From Amoebidium appalachense (lineage: Eukaryota > Protista > Ichthyosporea): a stretch of DNA of 64,000 nt. Positions 1 through 38,839 of the stretch are shown here, in pieces. The translations under genes and the position numbers were made by a program. The notes beneath the pieces are model-generated. The model was not told where the DNA came from. It made no database searches and worked only from the letters and a program-made list of their open reading frames with translations. How positions within the stretch are numbered: the first letter of the stretch is position 1; each line of letters opens with the position of its first letter. The stretch covers positions 9,862,243-9,926,242 of the forward strand of contig CAVNZM010000009.1 of assembly GCA_963693365.1 (NCBI GenBank), read 5' to 3'.

Positions 1-42
1 AACTTGTGCTTTGAAGTGCATCCCATATCCCCTCCCCCCCCT

Positions 43-73
<31 letters not shown>

Positions 74-420
74 CACACACACACACACACACACTTGGGC
101 AAAACTCAGGGTACTGTGTGGGGGGTTGGGCTCACTGAGTGTTGAGGGGGTAGAGAGGGGGGGGGGGGGGGGAAGGGAGGTAGGGGGGAGGGGAAGGAAT
201 GTGTTACAGAAATCCTCATTAGGTCACTGCACATGGGCTCCTTTTTTTTGGGTTCTTTTGGTGGGGAGGGGCGGAGGGGGAGGGGGAAGGAGGGGAGGGG
301 GGGGGAGGGGGGGGGGGGGGGGGGGGGGGGGGCTGAGGGGTGGGGTGGGGTGGTGGTGGTGGTGGCGGCGCTGATGGGTTTTTGTGTGTGTGTGTGTGTG
401 TGTGTGGTGGTGGTGGTGGT

Positions 421-513
<93 letters not shown>

Positions 514-756
514 TGGGGCAGGGGAGTCAATCGAAAACGAAGGTGGAAGAAATGGGCTGGGGGAGAAGAAGTGGGGAGGACGGGCATGTGTGTGTGTGTG
601 TGTGTGTGTGTCTAGGGGGAGAGGGGGGGGGGGGGGGCGCGTTTGGAAGTCATCGAGTTGTAATGGTGGGGCGGATCACGGTTGGGCTTCAGCATGTGGG
701 TGTTCTGTCAATCGTTGTGTGTAAATGGGCAGCAAGAATGACCGTGTGTTTGGCAG

Positions 757-21336
<20,580 letters not shown>

Positions 21337-21473
21337 AGGTGAAATGGTTTATGAAACATATCTTGGTGTAACTTTGATAGAAGTAAGGTATCAATGGAGT
21401 ACTATCAGAGGCAAACACTTTTGTGCCTGTATGACAAGTGCATGTTCATTGATTTCCTTCTGTCCCCCATTGC

Positions 21474-21535
<62 letters not shown>

Positions 21536-22509
21536 TGCACACACACACCTGTTACCTGACCAATGCTAATAAGCCCCTTTAACATTTTTGGTCTATGCAT
21601 TCATACTTTTTACCGCTGATCATTGACATATATTCGAATGTATAGATGCTGAATCATTGGAGGGGCTGGCCCTTCCTCTAATTTTGTGTTTTTGCAACGG
21701 TGATCGTACTGGTGGGCAGGACCCGCCTTGACTTGAAACCGACTGGTAATCCAAATGTCTGCTGTTTGAACTGAATGCCCGTTTACACCCACTTCTACAA
21801 ATCTTGAATAGACTCCTGCCAACCCCCCCCCCCCCCCCCCCCCCCCCCCCTCGGCCGCGGAACACGCCTACACACACAAAGACACAACGAAAATCACACA
21901 CACACACACACCACCACCCGAATAGACACACACGTATACATACCACCGCCCAAACACAGGCACATATAAATACACACACATGCCATTACCCAAACGCACG
22001 ACCCACACATGCATTTACATATATGTACGCAAGTGTACACACACGTACTGTAACATGTCGTAGCATATGTATAGCCTTCAACAAATCTTCCTGCTATCAT
22101 ACTTCTGTATGTTAAAGCATGTACATTTTTTGTTTGTGCCAGCTTTACCATCGTTCATGTATGCAATATGTACATGGCAGGCCGAGGTGCATAGTATCAC
22201 AACTGTCATTAAACCCCTTTGTATTGATATAAAACATGAGAACAAATGTATATAAAAGCGCACATTATATCTAGCAATAGATGAATACTCATAAAGGTAT
22301 CGAATAAAACCGATCAGCCTGTAACCCGATTCCCGAAAAAAAAGTAGAAAAAATGTGTACACTAGGCAAAAAAACGAAAGATCGGTATGACAGCACAATA
22401 AAAAAGGGGGAACATATTTGTTTCCCACCCTAATAATATAAATAGATAGTAATTTTCAAACCGGCATTGAAAATGTTTTTTTTACAGCAGCAACTTAAAA
22501 TTGTCGGCC

Positions 22510-24146
22510 TTAATTTTTCTTTCTTTTCTCCACGCCTTTACTCGATCTAGCCAGCCTACCTAATGCCCTCCCCATCTCCTTCGACAGTGCTCTTATGCGA
22601 GCCAACGTTTCTGCAATCTCAACCTTTCTTGCTCTCTCTGCTTTTTCTAATGTAACCTCACCACGCTCAGACCCACTGGATGCCTTTTCCCTTTTCGAAG
22701 TGTCCCGTTGATCGGGCTGAATCCGCTTAATCGGTGTTCGTGGAGATGCATCTGGGAGGGGTTTTTGTGTCGTCTGAGAATTTGGCGTTCGTGTTGGATG
22801 TGTTTTCGTGCTCGTGGCGATTGCGGTGGAGGAAGGGATGATGGGTGTAGGCGGAAGCTTGTAGCCGTACTTCGTTGGGGAGAAATTTGTGGGTGGTAGG
22901 CGCCCGCGGAATCCTGTCTGGGCCCACAGCTCCAATGCATCTCGATCGTATGCCTTTGCTGCTTCCATCAAAGTAGCATACGTACCAATATAACCAGACG
23001 TGGAAACAAAATGTTGGGCCGATCCTCGTGCAACAGCCGTGAAGTGGCCGTGAAACACACCTGACAATTGGCGGTAGGCGGCAAATGGCCGGGGACGCCC
23101 GTCGGTATGGGCACGAACACCGACACATCCGTATTGCACAGCCTCTTTTTTAGTGAGGTAGTCGGGTTTTTTTAAAAGGTTAATTCGCAGGATTTTGTCT
23201 CGCTTTGGAATGTCCAAGGCACGGATCATATTATCCCGTGCTAATGCTGCTTCGATGCTGGTTGCATAATACCCTGCAGAACGGATAACACCGTGTATAT
23301 CCCTGTACCGTGCTTGCCATGGCGTTCTCAGACGACCCGTGATAAAAACCCCCTTGTACCTGTCTGCAGCCATTTTATCGGCCGTTCTGTTGGCCAACCA
23401 TGTCCTAATCCACCTTAGCTCACCGCCAGTTGGTGTAAATTTTTGCAGGAGGTCTAGGCTGACATTTTTCTTGTCCAAAAACCTGGGTGCTAGTATACCG
23501 ACCTGCACTAAATGGTCGATGGCAATGTCACGCCTGTGTGCAGCCATGAGACTGTCCGGATGGGTCCCCGTTGGCTATACAGGGCCCTGCCAAGATCGAA
23601 GTCAAAATATTGTTTTTTTTTTAGAGACAGCATTCCTTTGCATGTCCGTTGCAGATTGATCGAGGGTACTGGCATCAAAGACCTAAATTTTGAACTAGGA
23701 AGAGCCGACAAAGCAGTGTGATTGGTTAGAAACCTAAACCACTAGGGGGGGGGGGGGGGGGGGGGGAGGGGGGGGGGGCAGAGCCCTGTGAGCACAATAG
23801 TATTTGTCTTACTCGCATATATGGTAATGGCTGATATGTCATGTAAACATGTCCAGTGCATTCGAAATTCTGGAGACGCCAAGTTCAGACATGAGATAAA
23901 ACGGAAAATTATTTGGAATGGTACTTGGGTAGATTGTTTTGTGATAGACGGTACCCATCCATAAAAAGCACATTTGCCAGTTTTAAAAGATGAAAAAGCA
24001 GAGAGAAGAAGCTAAATGCAATGGAGAAAACGGCTGGATGCTCACGTGTGCATGTGCATGTGCGAATGAATGTCTTGCGTTGGCTCGTTTTTGTTACAAG
24101 CTCAATATATCCTTATATACATCTATTTTCTTTGTTTGCCCCCCCC

Positions 24147-24177
<31 letters not shown>

Positions 24178-24642
24178 ACACACACACCTGCCCGCCCCCA
24201 CACACTCGCTCCTCTCTTTTTTATAGGTGAGCGAGCAGTGCGTCTATTGAGGATAGATAGGAGAAAAAGGGTGGGTGGAGGGGGGGGGGGGGGGGGGGGG
24301 AGTGGGGGTGGGATTACTTACATTTGCACTCTCTTTGCCACGAGTTTGTACTAGTCGGTCGAGGATGCTGGGCTGAAGGGCTGCAGGCAGCGCAGGCCGA
24401 TGGTTGTGTGCTGCTGAGAGAAAGGAGTGAGTGTGTGAGGAACAAAACATGGGAGGGACAGCAAAAAAGGATATGAAAAGGGACCGGTGTAAGAGCTGAC
24501 GGGGGGACGAAGGGCCGGGGGGGGGGGGGAGGGGGGGGGAGTGAGTGTGTGAGGAACACAACATGGGAGAGACAGCAAAAAGGATATGGAAAGTAAAGGG
24601 ACCGGTGTAAGGGCTGACGGGGGAGGAGGAGGAGGAGGAGGA

Positions 24643-24676
<34 letters not shown>

Positions 24677-24937
24677 TTGTCTATGTTTGTGGGCTCAAGT
24701 GAGAGTGTGTACACATGTGCGATGTGTATGGGTGAGCGAGTGCACGTGGTGAAGCCGGGGTTAGGGTGGGTGGGAAGGGGGGAGGGGGGGGGGGGGGGGG
24801 GGGGGGGGGGCAAGAGATCGAAAAAAAGCTAGAGAGGAAACGACAACATACATCAAGATTCAAATAGGACAGAGCCCCACGGGAAATAAGAGCCAAACCT
24901 CCCCCCCCCCCCCCCCCCCCCCAAAAGAAAAAAAAAA

Positions 24938-24969
<32 letters not shown>

Positions 24970-25710
24970 CACACACACACACCACACCCCCACCACCACC
25001 ACAGCCATCACCACCCAGCCGTTTTACAGGCCTATCTCGTCAAAGAACACTTCAAGGCAGACGTACCTATGCTCGAAAGAGAATGGTAACAGGAAAAGAG
25101 GCGGGTGGGGGGGGGGGGGGGGGGGGGAGGGGGGGGGGGGGCAACCCATATTGTCAACACGAAATTTTTTTGGCAGATGGGTAGCGGGAGAGAGAGGCTC
25201 AACGGGAAAAGGGGGGGGGGGGGGGGGGGGGGGGGTACATGCACATTTTCTGGTTTGCATACCTGTGGTTTGGCTCAGTGTGTGCAGTGACCGTGGTACC
25301 ATAGTGCCCATTAGGCTGCTGAGGTGATGATTGGTGGAGGGGCAAGTCCATTTGAGTGCCTGCATGTGATTTTAGGCCAATCAGCAAGCCAAGAATTCGG
25401 CACAAAGTACCAACCAGCGCATGTCGAAGATAAGGAACGGTTGAATTCTTTGTCATATCATCAGCTCCAAATCCCTTGTCTCCTAGTGAACTTCAGAAAC
25501 GAAGGCTAAGTTTTTTTGTTTTGTTTTTTTTTTTTTGTGGGGGGGGGGGGGGGGGGGGGGGGAGGGGGGGGGTAAGGTGAAGATGAAAAATTTCAATTGG
25601 GGGAGGAGGGGGGGGGGGGGCTTAACTTCCCATCGATCAAACCCCCCCCCCCCCCCTCCCCTAACACATACATGCACACACCAGGTCTCCATCTTTGCAA
25701 CCCCCCCCCC

Positions 25711-25741
<31 letters not shown>

Positions 25742-26195
25742 ACACACACAACACACACTCAAAAAAAAAAAAAAGGAAGAAGGAAAAAAATCCCTGGGAG
25801 GCTGGGACGGGGGATGGGAGCAAGGGGGGTTTGCTGGATATGGCTGAGCAGGAGAGAGTCGAGAAAAAGAAGACTGGCGTGTGAAGTGCGTGGGGAGGGA
25901 TTGTGGAAAAGGAAGGTTTGGGGGGGGGGGGGGGGGGGGGGGGGGGGTGGAGCTGATGGGTCGTTACACAAATTGGACCCTCCTCCTCCTCCCCCCCCCC
26001 CTTCTCCCCTTCCCCCGGATAGCCCCCCCCTCCCCCCCCCCCCCCCCCCCTCCAGCCCCCTCCCCCTTCCCCCACACACCACCACCGTCACCACCACCAT
26101 CACCACCACTAGCACCCGTTAGTGAGACCAATCCGTTTTTCATCCCCGACCGAGTTCTGGCCCGGAACCCTATTGTTTATGGTGGTGAGCAGAAC

Positions 26196-26248
<53 letters not shown>

Positions 26249-26255
26249 TGTGTGA

Positions 26256-26296
<41 letters not shown>

Positions 26297-26497
26297 TGCG
26301 CGCGCATGTGTGTGTGTGTGTGTGTGTGTACGCTTGAGCGTGAGCGTGCAAGTGGATATGTAGCGTGCTTGTGTGTGTATCTCGGGAGTAAGGGGAGAGG
26401 GGAAGGGGAGGCATACCATGAATATGTGGCATGGCCTCACGGTATGAGCCTCGAAAGTTCGGCCCACAGCTGCCCAGGAAAAAAGGTGCCGAGACAT
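22510..26497 (-). CDS. Tandem AP2-domain protein, paralog A, with putative mitochondrial presequence; first AP2 repeat partly missing
   Basis: Last exon (ORF 22510-23547) has AP2 signatures YKGV...PWQARY...[14 protein letters not shown]...IN and CVGV...GYIGTYATLMEAAKAYDRDAL...TNF. Upstream exons are 26417-26497 (ATG; MSRHLFSWAAVGRTFEAHTVRPCHIFM), 25263-25359 (ALKWTCPSTNHH...PRSLHTLSQTT) and about 24322-24413, with canonical GT/AG ends and matching phases. The junction into the last exon (~23550-23700) is ambiguous. Confidence 0.75.
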
Positions 26498-27350
26498 GGT
26501 GGTGTGGGTGGGAAGAAGGACGGACCGACTAGCAAATGACCTGGACACTTGTGTTGCTGTGCTGTTGTTGATGGTCAGTTGGGTGTGTAGGAGGAGTGAG
26601 TGTAGGAGGAGTGAGTGTAGGTGGGGTACATCTAGATGGATGGACTGCCTAGGTTAAGGTACTTCATTCATTGAACCTCCCTCCCTAGCCTTTTTCCGCT
26701 GCTGCCTGCCCCTCTTGCCTAATTTACCCTCTTCATACAAACACACTGAAACATACACACATATATACATGCACCCAGGCACACATACACTCAGTAGAGA
26801 GTGAGACAGAAAAAGAGAAATTATAATGTCTCTCTCTCTCTCTCTCGCTCTCCCCCCCCGCCCCCCCCCTCACTTGCTCTCTATATCTCTCTCCCTCCCT
26901 CTGCGCCCCCCCCCCCCCCCCCCTCTCCCCCGCCCCCGCCTCTTTCTCACACTCTCTCTTCTCTTCGCCCTCTCTTTTCCCCTCTTGCTGCTGCCTGCCC
27001 TTCGTGCCTTCTTTGTCATCTTCAGACAACACGCAGAAAAATACACACACAGAGAGAGAGAGAGAAAGAGGAGGAGGGGGGGGGGGGGATCACACACGCA
27101 CACACAGACACACACACACAGACACACACACACACACATCCTCCCATCTCCCTCTCTCTCTCTCCTGTATAAAAGGGGGGGGGAGGGGAAGGAGAGGGGG
27201 GCGGGGGCCGGGGGGGGGGGGGGAGGGGGCGGAGGAGGGGGAAGGGGGAGGGGGAGGGGGAGAAAGAGAGAGACAGTGAGAGACAGAGCGAGAGAAAGAG
27301 GAAGAGACGGACAGAGGGACAAGGGCCGGGAGAGGAAAGATGAGAGGGAG

Positions 27351-27381
<31 letters not shown>

Positions 27382-27389
27382 AGAGGGAG

Positions 27390-27420
<31 letters not shown>

Positions 27421-30400
27421 AGGAAGAGGGAAGGCGGGAGGAGAGGGGGAAAAGGGAGGGGAGGGGAAAGGGAAGGCGAAGGAGAAGGAAAGAGGAAAGG
27501 ACGGGGTGGGAAGGCGGGCAAGGGGAGAGGGGAGGGGGGGGGGGGGGGAGGGGGAGGAGGGGGAGGGGATGAAAGGGTAGAGGGGCATTGCGGATGAGCA
27601 GGTGTAAGGGTTTCTCTAGGTGGGGGATATGCGGGGGGAAGGGTGTGGGGGGAGGGGGGGGGGGGGGGGGGGGGGACCGTGTGGCTCTTGGAGATTTTTG
27701 TTTAACAAAGCAGTTTCCGACCGTGGCAATCCGTCAAGCTTCCTTCTGCAAGTTAAAAATTGTACACAGTAAAAGTAGACACAAGCAAGAAAGTGTTTCG
27801 CTCATTGGGCGTTTTCTCAAAAGGAAATATCGTGGCAGACAGCCTTCCCCGCCGTGCTTCGAGGAGATTAGGCTCTGAGAAGAGGAGTTGGCTTGAGGAA
27901 GAAAGATTTTGACATAAAAATCAGCAGTCAGGGGATGTATGTATTTAGTATATCCATATCTATTTATGATGAAATAATAATAAAACGAGTACGAGCAACA
28001 AACCCTCCCAGTGCCCCGCAAAAAAACTGGCAAACTTCGCCCTCGCGATCGTCTTGGCGGTCTTGCCTCAAGTCTAGGATTTACAAAACCCCCAGGGCTT
28101 AAAGTTTCCTCCGATATTATTGAGCTAACGCGCTACTAATGTCAATCAGAGAGTGTATACACCAATCAAATGAGCGCCAATCCTGCGCAACGTCTGATGT
28201 GACTCATGTGGCCACATCAGTGCGTTTTCGAGACTAGGGACCACAAAGGTAAAAAAATTCTCAAAACAATGTTACACACAGGAAAATATCTCTTAAACTT
28301 GCTTCAGATACTTTGAGTTGCAACAACGTAGCGCATTGCTAAAGCGACTTTCACTAAATTGCTGGTACATCCCGCCGAGAGTTAGTATGGCGTGCATACG
28401 CCGCTATGCAAAAATTGAATTTACTTCACTTTCACTTCGATCTCATAGCTGTCACGTCAACTTTTTTTCCCAATTCTTCACCATGGCAGGTATATAAAGG
28501 CTTTCGTTTCTTCTTTTTTGTGGTGCGAGGGAGTCCCACTCAGGGGAACGTGACTGCAGCGTGTGTGTGGTGTGGCCTGGTGTACTCCTACTGCTGTGAG
28601 AGTGTGGGGGCATCTCCCTTTCGCGGAATTTCTCGCTTGAGAAGTGGTTTCTTCAACGCCTGGTGGCCCACTGCAACCTATGGTAACTTCTACACGCTGT
28701 CTACGCTTCTACGCGACCTATTGGCGGTGGGCTGCTGCAACTTCTTCAGCTACTTCTGCGCTGCGTGAGTGGAGGCCCTGGGGCGGCTACTTGGTCGTCG
28801 GGGAGCTTTCCAAGTGACTGCCAGTCCTTAGCCTCCAGTCGTATGGCAATGACTGGGTTTGTTTGCTTGCATGCATTCTGTAATTGTGTTTTTCTGTGTG
28901 TCCTGCCACAACTAGGCCACCTTATCAGAGAGCTAGATGCAGTTTCTCCGGGTTATCTAGGGGCTGGGCCCGTTGGGATTGTTTTTTAGCTCAAATTTGG
29001 TCTGCATTGCTCTTTTAGAGGCTGACTTGCTTGCTGTGCCTCGATAGGTTTTGAGGGGGGCCTGTTGGGAAGGAGCAGTAATGATGTCTTCTTGCAGAGT
29101 GTGGTCTGGTCAACATCGGTGCATATGACTAGTTGGAGCAAACTAGTTTCACGCATACACGTACACTTACGGTTTTGCCCGCTGGTGTCCTTTGTCACTT
29201 GTCGCTTTGTTTTTATTTCGTAGCTTTGGCTTTTTCAGTTCTATTGGTGGTTATGTAGCCTGTGGCTGCACGTTGCCTTCATCAACGGATCAATAAACCC
29301 GAGTCAAAAGAAAAAATTTACAATCTTATGAAATGGCGTCACACAATCCGAGGAAGGAAGTTGTGCTCTTTTGAATGCCGTCAGATTGCGCATGATAGCT
29401 AGCGAATCGAACCTGTTATCCACCTTGCATTTGATTGGTGTATACACGAACTATGTAGCAATTAGGAGCGTTAGCCCTATAATATCGGAGGAAACTTTAA
29501 ATGTTGATATTCAGGAAGCTCACGCTTCCCAATCACACACCAAACTTTACACCATAATATGCCTAGAATGATAATAAAATTGAACACATGTACACAAATA
29601 TATTCAGTTACATAGGTTTATGATAACAGCACACGGTTGGTGCTTTCTTGCCTGGCAGCATTTTTAAATTTTGTCCAAATTCAGAGCCCGGGCCAGCAGC
29701 CGGTTCTTATGCCGCGGCTGTTGCTCAACTTCTCAAGGCCCCGATGAGCTTCGCAGCTGTGGCTCGCTCCATTCGCAGTATCGGTCAAAACGTGCACCTT
29801 GTTGATGATTTTGTGAATGCAACTAAACGACACGAGGCTCGTCCGCCCAAGCCACCACGGGCACGGCCTCTGGCCAATCCTCCTCTGACCTCACCGCGGT
29901 GTATGTCCGTCTTTTCCGTCGTTACATCCTGGGCCCTTCTTACTCGTTCATTGGTGGCCAGATTCTTGGGCTATTGGTGGATCCCGGGTATGCCGCGGCC
30001 CTAGCTCGCAGAATTCGAAGGAACATCAAGAAGAAGGAACTGTTGGACGCCAAGACCAAGCCAACTACTATGTTGCGTCGGCGTCTAGATCTGTGCAAAC
30101 AGATTGAGTATTTCCAGCATGCTTCAAGTTGTGCTGAAGCAGAGAAGGGGGGCCGGCCGGATCATGCTGCGCGTTCTCGTGGGGTTCTTGACTTCTACAA
30201 ACGTTAGTTGGACAAACTTCCGGCTGAGTCTCAGTGATGCCTATATCGGTCTATTTTTGGAATGTTCGGGGTTTACAATATAAACGGCTTCACCATATTC
30301 TTCATCAGACACACTCTTACACCTTTGTTGGGTTATATTGAAACATGGTTTTACAACCACCATCTCCAATTGTCTGATTGGCACGTCAGTTTATTCACCC

Positions 30401-30463
30401 AACCGCGAACTATCTGTTTATGCGCGCTTTGTTTTAAAGATTCCACGTGGCTACTCACCAAAA

Positions 30464-30501
<38 letters not shown>

Positions 30502-31344
30502 TTACATCAAGGCAATTAATCACCATTTGACACAAATATTCACAACAGAAAACGTCAAGTACCTGGAGGAGCATAAAACACTCAACAAGCAGGTGCCCCC
30601 TTGGACACTACACATTGAGACCGACATCATCTCCATGCACCTTTTGTTCAACAGGGACTTGGACATCAACACCACTCCTAAGAAACGCATGCTAAGGGCC
30701 CAAAACATTGACTTCAACAGCTTCCGCAGTGGAAATGGCACAGGCGACAACAATGGTGCAGGGGTAGCTTAACATTGGGGTACAATGGATACCGTGACAC
30801 CGACTAGGCAAAATCATTGACAACATAGGCAATGCAATTGCCTATGGATGTAAGTAGGTTGCTGGTATATACAAGGATGGGAGGACAATCAGGACCATCA
30901 CGGCCATCCATGAATTGAATTTGGTATGCATAGATGTTGTTGTGATCACCCTCTCCCATGGTTATGCAGGCGCATAACGATGCAGGTGTATTATAGGTAT
31001 ACACTACCAAACACAACACATATGTATTCTTAAGGATAAACACTTGTAAGTGTTAGAAGAACAAAGACTCGTATAGCACATCGCCACAACAAATAAAAAG
31101 TCGTTGAAAAACTGATCTCTTAAATTTGGTGAAACCAGCAACCATAAACAGCAACCCCCCTAAACCCTTTCACATTCACATACTGTACTAAATAATGGGG
31201 GTTTATAAGGGTCCTGATTGCCTTATGAACTATTATGCTAAATGTATTGGACCCCTTGTTGAAAGCGCTAACATAATCCCGGAAAATGACCGAGGTCATT
31301 ATGTTAAGATTTTTTGAAATCGGCGTCGACATTATGTTGTTGGC

Positions 31345-33164
31345 GGATTATGTTATGCGCGGACGGACACTGTACAGTCCATCATTGCCTGTGAGGAAAC
31401 ACACGATGTTGCCACCACGAGTGTAGAGGTAGGAGGGGAATTCATCCTCATCATCGAGGTGGGCAAGGAGACCCGACTTGAAGGCCATTGAGGGGGAAAT
31501 CAGGAAGGCTGGGGAGTCGGGCACATAGAGGGTGTTGAGGCTACTAACCTGATGTTACTCTGTTGTAGGTGACGGCCAGGTTGATGACACCACGGTGATG
31601 TGCAGTGACGACGCAGAGGCCGTGGACGTCGGTCGGGGGGCACGGCTCAAGAGTAGAGAAGTACTCCTTGATTGGGCACACATGGACGTTTGAAGCCGAG
31701 TCCCAGCAGGGGTCCATGGGTAGGGAGGCCGTGGTGGAGACGAGGGCAAAATGCACCTCTTTACCAGACTTGGTGCTGGCACGGTGACGACGGGCAATTG
31801 AGCAGCCAGGTTTGTCACACTGTGTGACATGATGGTTCTCATGACAGTAGGCACTGTCGAGGGAGCCAGTGGTCTTGGCACGGGTTTGATGACCGGTGAT
31901 GACGGTTACCCCCTTTACGTGGGGGGTAGGGTGACCGGGAACGGGGACCGGGGGAACGGGACCGGGAGTAATCACGGTCAACTGAGGGGGATCGATCGGT
32001 GCAGCTGGGGACGACCACGGGGGTGACGGGAGACGGAGCTGTCACGTCGGGGGATCCGGTGTCGGAGGTCGTCCTTGGTGAGGACACGGCTTTGCAGGGC
32101 ACGTGCTGTTCGGACGGAGGAGGAAGACCCGGACCCAGAGTCGACGAGACCTTCACGGATATCTGCAGCTCGGATGTCACTGAGGAGACGGTTGTAGGTC
32201 TCGTAGCTGATGTGACGACGGAAGTAGTCGGCAATCATGGCCTGGATGTCGGAACAAACCAACTTACGGTTCTTCTTGAGGTGGATGAAGAAGTTATCAA
32301 GCATGGTCTTGTGGCTCATCCAGGATGTGCAGGGTAGTGCACAGACGGCGTGCCATCATGTGAGGTAGGCCGTGACGGTCTTGAAGTCCTTGAGTTCAAG
32401 CTCATGGTAGTTGAGGAGGATTTGACGAGCACGATCTTCACGTTCAGCCGCATAGGTCATACCGAGGTTGTGGAAAGCTTGGGCAGGTGACACATCATCG
32501 TGGATTTGACCAGAGTTATACAGCTCATCATTGGAGACGAGTTGAGTAAACATCTGTTCAAGGAAGTTGGAAGCCTCGGTGTAGTCTTCCTTGAGTCAGT
32601 GTCATAGCCATGCCACCCGTTCTCGTCGGAAGGATCGACCCACTCGGGGGCCTTGATGACGGGCACTAACTTGGCCGCGGTGGTAGTACGTAGGTACCGG
32701 AAGATGACTGGTTCCCACTCATAATAGGTGAGACGTTTGCCGGACTTCTTGTCCGTGGTGTCCTCCCCTTTCCAGGGGGTGAGCCTGAGGTTCGCGGGTT
32801 TCTCCGACATGTTGATCGTACAGTCAGATGACGCGCGGGAGAGGAATCAGATCGGTATTCAAATTTGAATATTTTCGATTGCAGCGAGAGAATGTGTTGC
32901 GAGAGCGTGCGAAAATGGGCCTTTAACCTGTTGTTTTGTACGGGTCTAAGGGAGCAGAGTGCACAGAGGTGTCATGTAAAACACGACTTACACAATAAAG
33001 AGAGGGCAATCGGAGTTGTTCACGACACATTGAAAGATTTCAAACAACAACTGATCCCTTATTGTGCTCTCGGTTCTTTTTGTACTTGCGACTTATCATC
33101 TTATCTCAACTAAAGGGGGAGAACCAATCGGTTCTATCAGATGATAGAAAAACACATTCCGACA
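31345..33164 (-). mobile_element. Truncated, degenerate Ty1/copia LTR retrotransposon (5' LTR, PBS, gag, zinc knuckle, protease; no integrase/RT)
   Basis: Minus strand reads ...AAACAACA|GGTTAAAGGCCCA (LTR end at 32929, PBS 32916-32928), resembling the copia-type tRNA-iMet-fragment PBS GGTTATGGGCCCA. Frameshifted gag-like ORFs start at 32810. Degenerate knuckle AYCHENHHVTQC, copia protease motif WDSASNVHVC...FSTLEP, and downstream LNTLYVPDSPAFLIS...G and GLY motifs. The LTR outer boundary (TGTCGG at 33164) is tentative. Confidence 0.85.
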
Positions 33165-33671
33165 GAGCATACACATGCCAACTTCCGACCTAACTAAAGC
33201 TTAGAAACTCTTACTTAAATAAATTAAGTAATTATACATCTAGTCACTATTAATACACTGTGACATATATATTTATACTCGTCTCTATAAAGAATCTCAT
33301 TGAATACATATATTTCCTAATAGTCGACACTCTCAAAGTGAAGACACATTACGATAAACGAATTCCATATATATCTATTATCCAATCATAACACGTATAT
33401 TAATAGACAGGAATGCACAACACGATCTATAGATGTACCCGCTCGCGACTATTGGCGAGTCATCTTATTGTGAACTAAAACGAAACCTCTTTGAAATAAA
33501 ACAAAGACAACGAATGTAGCTAGCCAATCACGCTACCTCTCAGATAAACAGAGGAGAGTAAACACAATAAGTTCTATCAGCAAGAGAGCCACTGGCAGGT
33601 GTGCACAGATCTACAGATATCTGTGCACACAGAAACAAGGGAGAGAGAGAGATACCGGGGGGGGGGGGAGC

Positions 33672-33708
<37 letters not shown>

Positions 33709-34169
33709 GGGAGAGAGGGGAGACCCTAGCACAAAGAAGGAAAGCAGACACGAATACAAACAAAGCTAAGACACATACATACTTCCAGATTCTTGTTGTC
33801 CTACGTAGTGACGTATTCCAACAGGAAAGGAGGGGGGGGAGGGGGGGGAAATAGTAGGGGGAGGAGGGAGGCACGTTGAGAGAGTAAGTTCTGTAAGCTT
33901 AGTTGGGCATGCTGTCTGTGCTAAATAGTTTGGCAACGCGGCGCACGTGTGCACTTGCGTGCGCACACACCACAGACGAACACCCAAACACACATACACA
34001 CACTAACACGGGCGCGGGCCTACACCTACACACACACGCACCACACACAATGAGCGAGCCCACACACACACACACACACATACACACAAATGTATACACA
34101 GACACACGCACACACGAACACGCACATGCGCACACACACACACACGTACACACACACGCACACACACAG

Positions 34170-38325
<4,156 letters not shown>

Positions 38326-38762
38326 GACTGATATAACCCCCCCCCCCCCCCCACCCCCCCCCCCTATCCCCCCCCTCCCCCTCCTCCCCCCACCTACCCC
38401 TCCTCTCACCCCGCCTACAACCCGCCCACCCATATACAACCGTTCATCCCCCATATTTCCCCCTCTCTCTTCCCCCCCCTCCCCTCCCCCCCCCCCCCCC
38501 CCCTCCCCCCTCTCACCCCACCCTTCTCCAAGCCCTTAGCTTGCCCATCGATCATATTTCCCTCTCCCTAAATGTTAAACACACGCACACAGATTTTTGC
38601 ACCAGGTCATAATGGAAATTTAACTTAGCATGCTGCTTCAGGAAAACTTCCTGGAGGCTATGGGGAGGGGAAGGGGGGGGGGGGGGGGGGGGGGGAGAGA
38701 GAGAGAGGGAGGGATTTGCCGGGGGGTGGCGGTGGTGGGGAAGGGGAGGGGAGAGGGGAGGA

Positions 38763-38839
<77 letters not shown>

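Noticed and set aside
1-250. Possible LeuRS HIGH-region remnants (CCATATCCC = PYP at ~23; TAG|G TCA CTG CAC ATG GGC = SLHMG at 224-238)
   Set aside because: The position is right, but the following sequence does not continue as HVRVY and looks low quality, so I cannot define exons.
25029-25085. Plus-strand exon-like segment AYLVKEHFKADVPMLEREW with AG/GT ends
   Set aside because: No phase-compatible partner exon found, and it lies inside an intron of the minus-strand AP2 gene.
28194-28237. Hairpin CTGATGTG...CACATCAG followed by CTAG, resembling a Helitron 3' end
   Set aside because: The next base is G rather than T, and no matching 5' TC end or Rep/helicase remnant was seen.
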